NCBI GenBank assembly: GCA_026023565.1
Contig: JAPETS010000080.1
Coordinates: 1-45,967, forward strand
Source: Cirrosporium novae-zelandiae
Taxonomy: Eukaryota
Length of the DNA: 45,967 bases
Reading direction: 5' to 3'
Position numbers and translations under genes: made by a program
In this document: positions 45,064 to 45,967 of the stretch, piece after piece
Layout: every line of letters begins with the position of its first letter
Numbering within the stretch: position 1 is the first letter of the stretch
The notes under the pieces: model-generated
What the model saw: only the letters and a program-made list of their open reading frames with translations
What the model was told of the DNA's origin: nothing
The model's database searches: none

Positions 45064-45849
45064 TTATCCCCCCCACCCAGCCCCCCACCCCACTGCCTCC
45101 ATCCCCCCAATCCTCAAAAACCCCATCCCCCCCCCTTCCTCTCCCACCCCCTCCTCCTTCCCCCTACCCACCACCCCAAACCCTCCGAACCCCATCTCGA
45201 CCAACAAACAAGCCAATAAATGTTTACAAACGGGAGGGATTTCGTTTTCGGACGTTTGGTTTATTAAGCCTCCGAATTGCCATTGATGGTTGGATTGGGA
45301 TGGGGATGGAGGGGAGGGGGAAGAGGGGGGAGATGGGGGGTTTTGGAATAAGGTGAAGGTGAAGGCGGGACAGGTGCAGGACCAGGATTGGAGGCGGATG
45401 GAATGGTAGTGGTAGTGGTCGGAGAGGAGGTTGTTGGGGGGTCGGCTGTGGTAATGATGATGGTGGTGTAAAGATGTTGTTGTATGTTGCGAAGATCGAA
45501 CGTAATATATCACCCTCCTTCCCTTCTCATCCTCACCCCCATCCCCCCCCTCGTCTCTATCAACAAAAAACCTCAAAACCGCCCCCCGATCAATCAGATC
45601 CAACGCCGGGAGAAACTCGGCTGGGAATAACGTGTGGATTGTTACGAGGAGGTTTTTTGTGGAGGGGGGGAGAGTGGTTAGTAGGAGGTTTGAGTTTGAG
45701 TTTGATGGTTGTTGTGAGGATGGGGACGGGGATTGGGATGAAGAGAGTTCTTGGTGGAGTTGGGTGAAGAGGGTTGTTAGGAATGCACGGGGGGTGGGGA
45801 GAGTTGGGGTGGTTGTTGGGGTGATTGTGGTGGTGGTGAGGGCGGACAT
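45064..45849 (-). CDS. SWIM zinc-finger protein, Sws1/ZSWIM7-like (Shu complex, homologous recombination)
   Basis: LVTIHTLFP..FLPALDLIDRGAV, YYVRS and IRLQSWSCTCPAFTF...PVCKHLLAC (CxC...CxH SWIM motif). Intronless 261-aa ORF with homopolymeric insertions. Confidence 0.8.
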   Translation of the reverse strand: MSALTTTTITPTTTPTLPTPRAFLTTLFTQLHQELSSSQSPSPSSQQPSNSNSNLLLTTLPPSTKNLLVTIHTLFPAEFLPALDLIDRGAVLRFFVDRDEGGDGGEDEKGRRVIYYVRSSQHTTTSLHHHHHYHSRPPNNLLSDHYHYHSIRLQSWSCTCPAFTFTLFQNPPSPPSSPSPPSPSQSNHQWQFGGLINQTSENEIPPVCKHLLACLLVEMGFGGFGVVGRGKEEGVGEEGGGMGFLRIGGMEAVGWGAGWGG

Positions 45850-45967
45850 TGTTGTTGTTGGTGGTGGTGGTGGTTTGTATGGATGGATAGATAGATGGGA
45901 TAGTTGGTTAAAACTGAGATTTGTTTTAATTGCAAGAGAGAGAGGGGGGGGGGGGGGGATGTTGCTG

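Overview
This is eukaryotic DNA from a filamentous ascomycete (Pezizomycotina). The evidence is short GT-AG introns with CTAAC/CTRAY branch points and fungal-type protein families; finer taxonomy cannot be fixed from this window. From left to right: (1) a compact three-gene module of a family III CoA-transferase and an AtuA/DUF1446 protein, divergently transcribed, plus a bZIP-DUF3425 transcription factor; (2) an intronless gene with an integrase-type H2C2 zinc-binding domain; (3) two TA-flanked MITE-like elements; (4) ERD2; (5) an orphan ORF split by one in-frame TAG, and a densely structured non-coding block; (6) RNH201 and MIF2/CENP-C head-to-head; (7) a ~14.8 kb gene desert containing a degenerate ~155-bp satellite with a ~760-bp higher-order repeat; (8) a Myb transcription factor and TRM9; (9) a tandem pseudo-USP/USP deubiquitinase locus with a frameshift; (10) a SWIM-finger (Sws1-like) gene. 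The window alternates between slippage-rich low-complexity tracts and normal-complexity DNA. Exon boundaries were read by eye and family assignments come from remembered motifs, not database searches.
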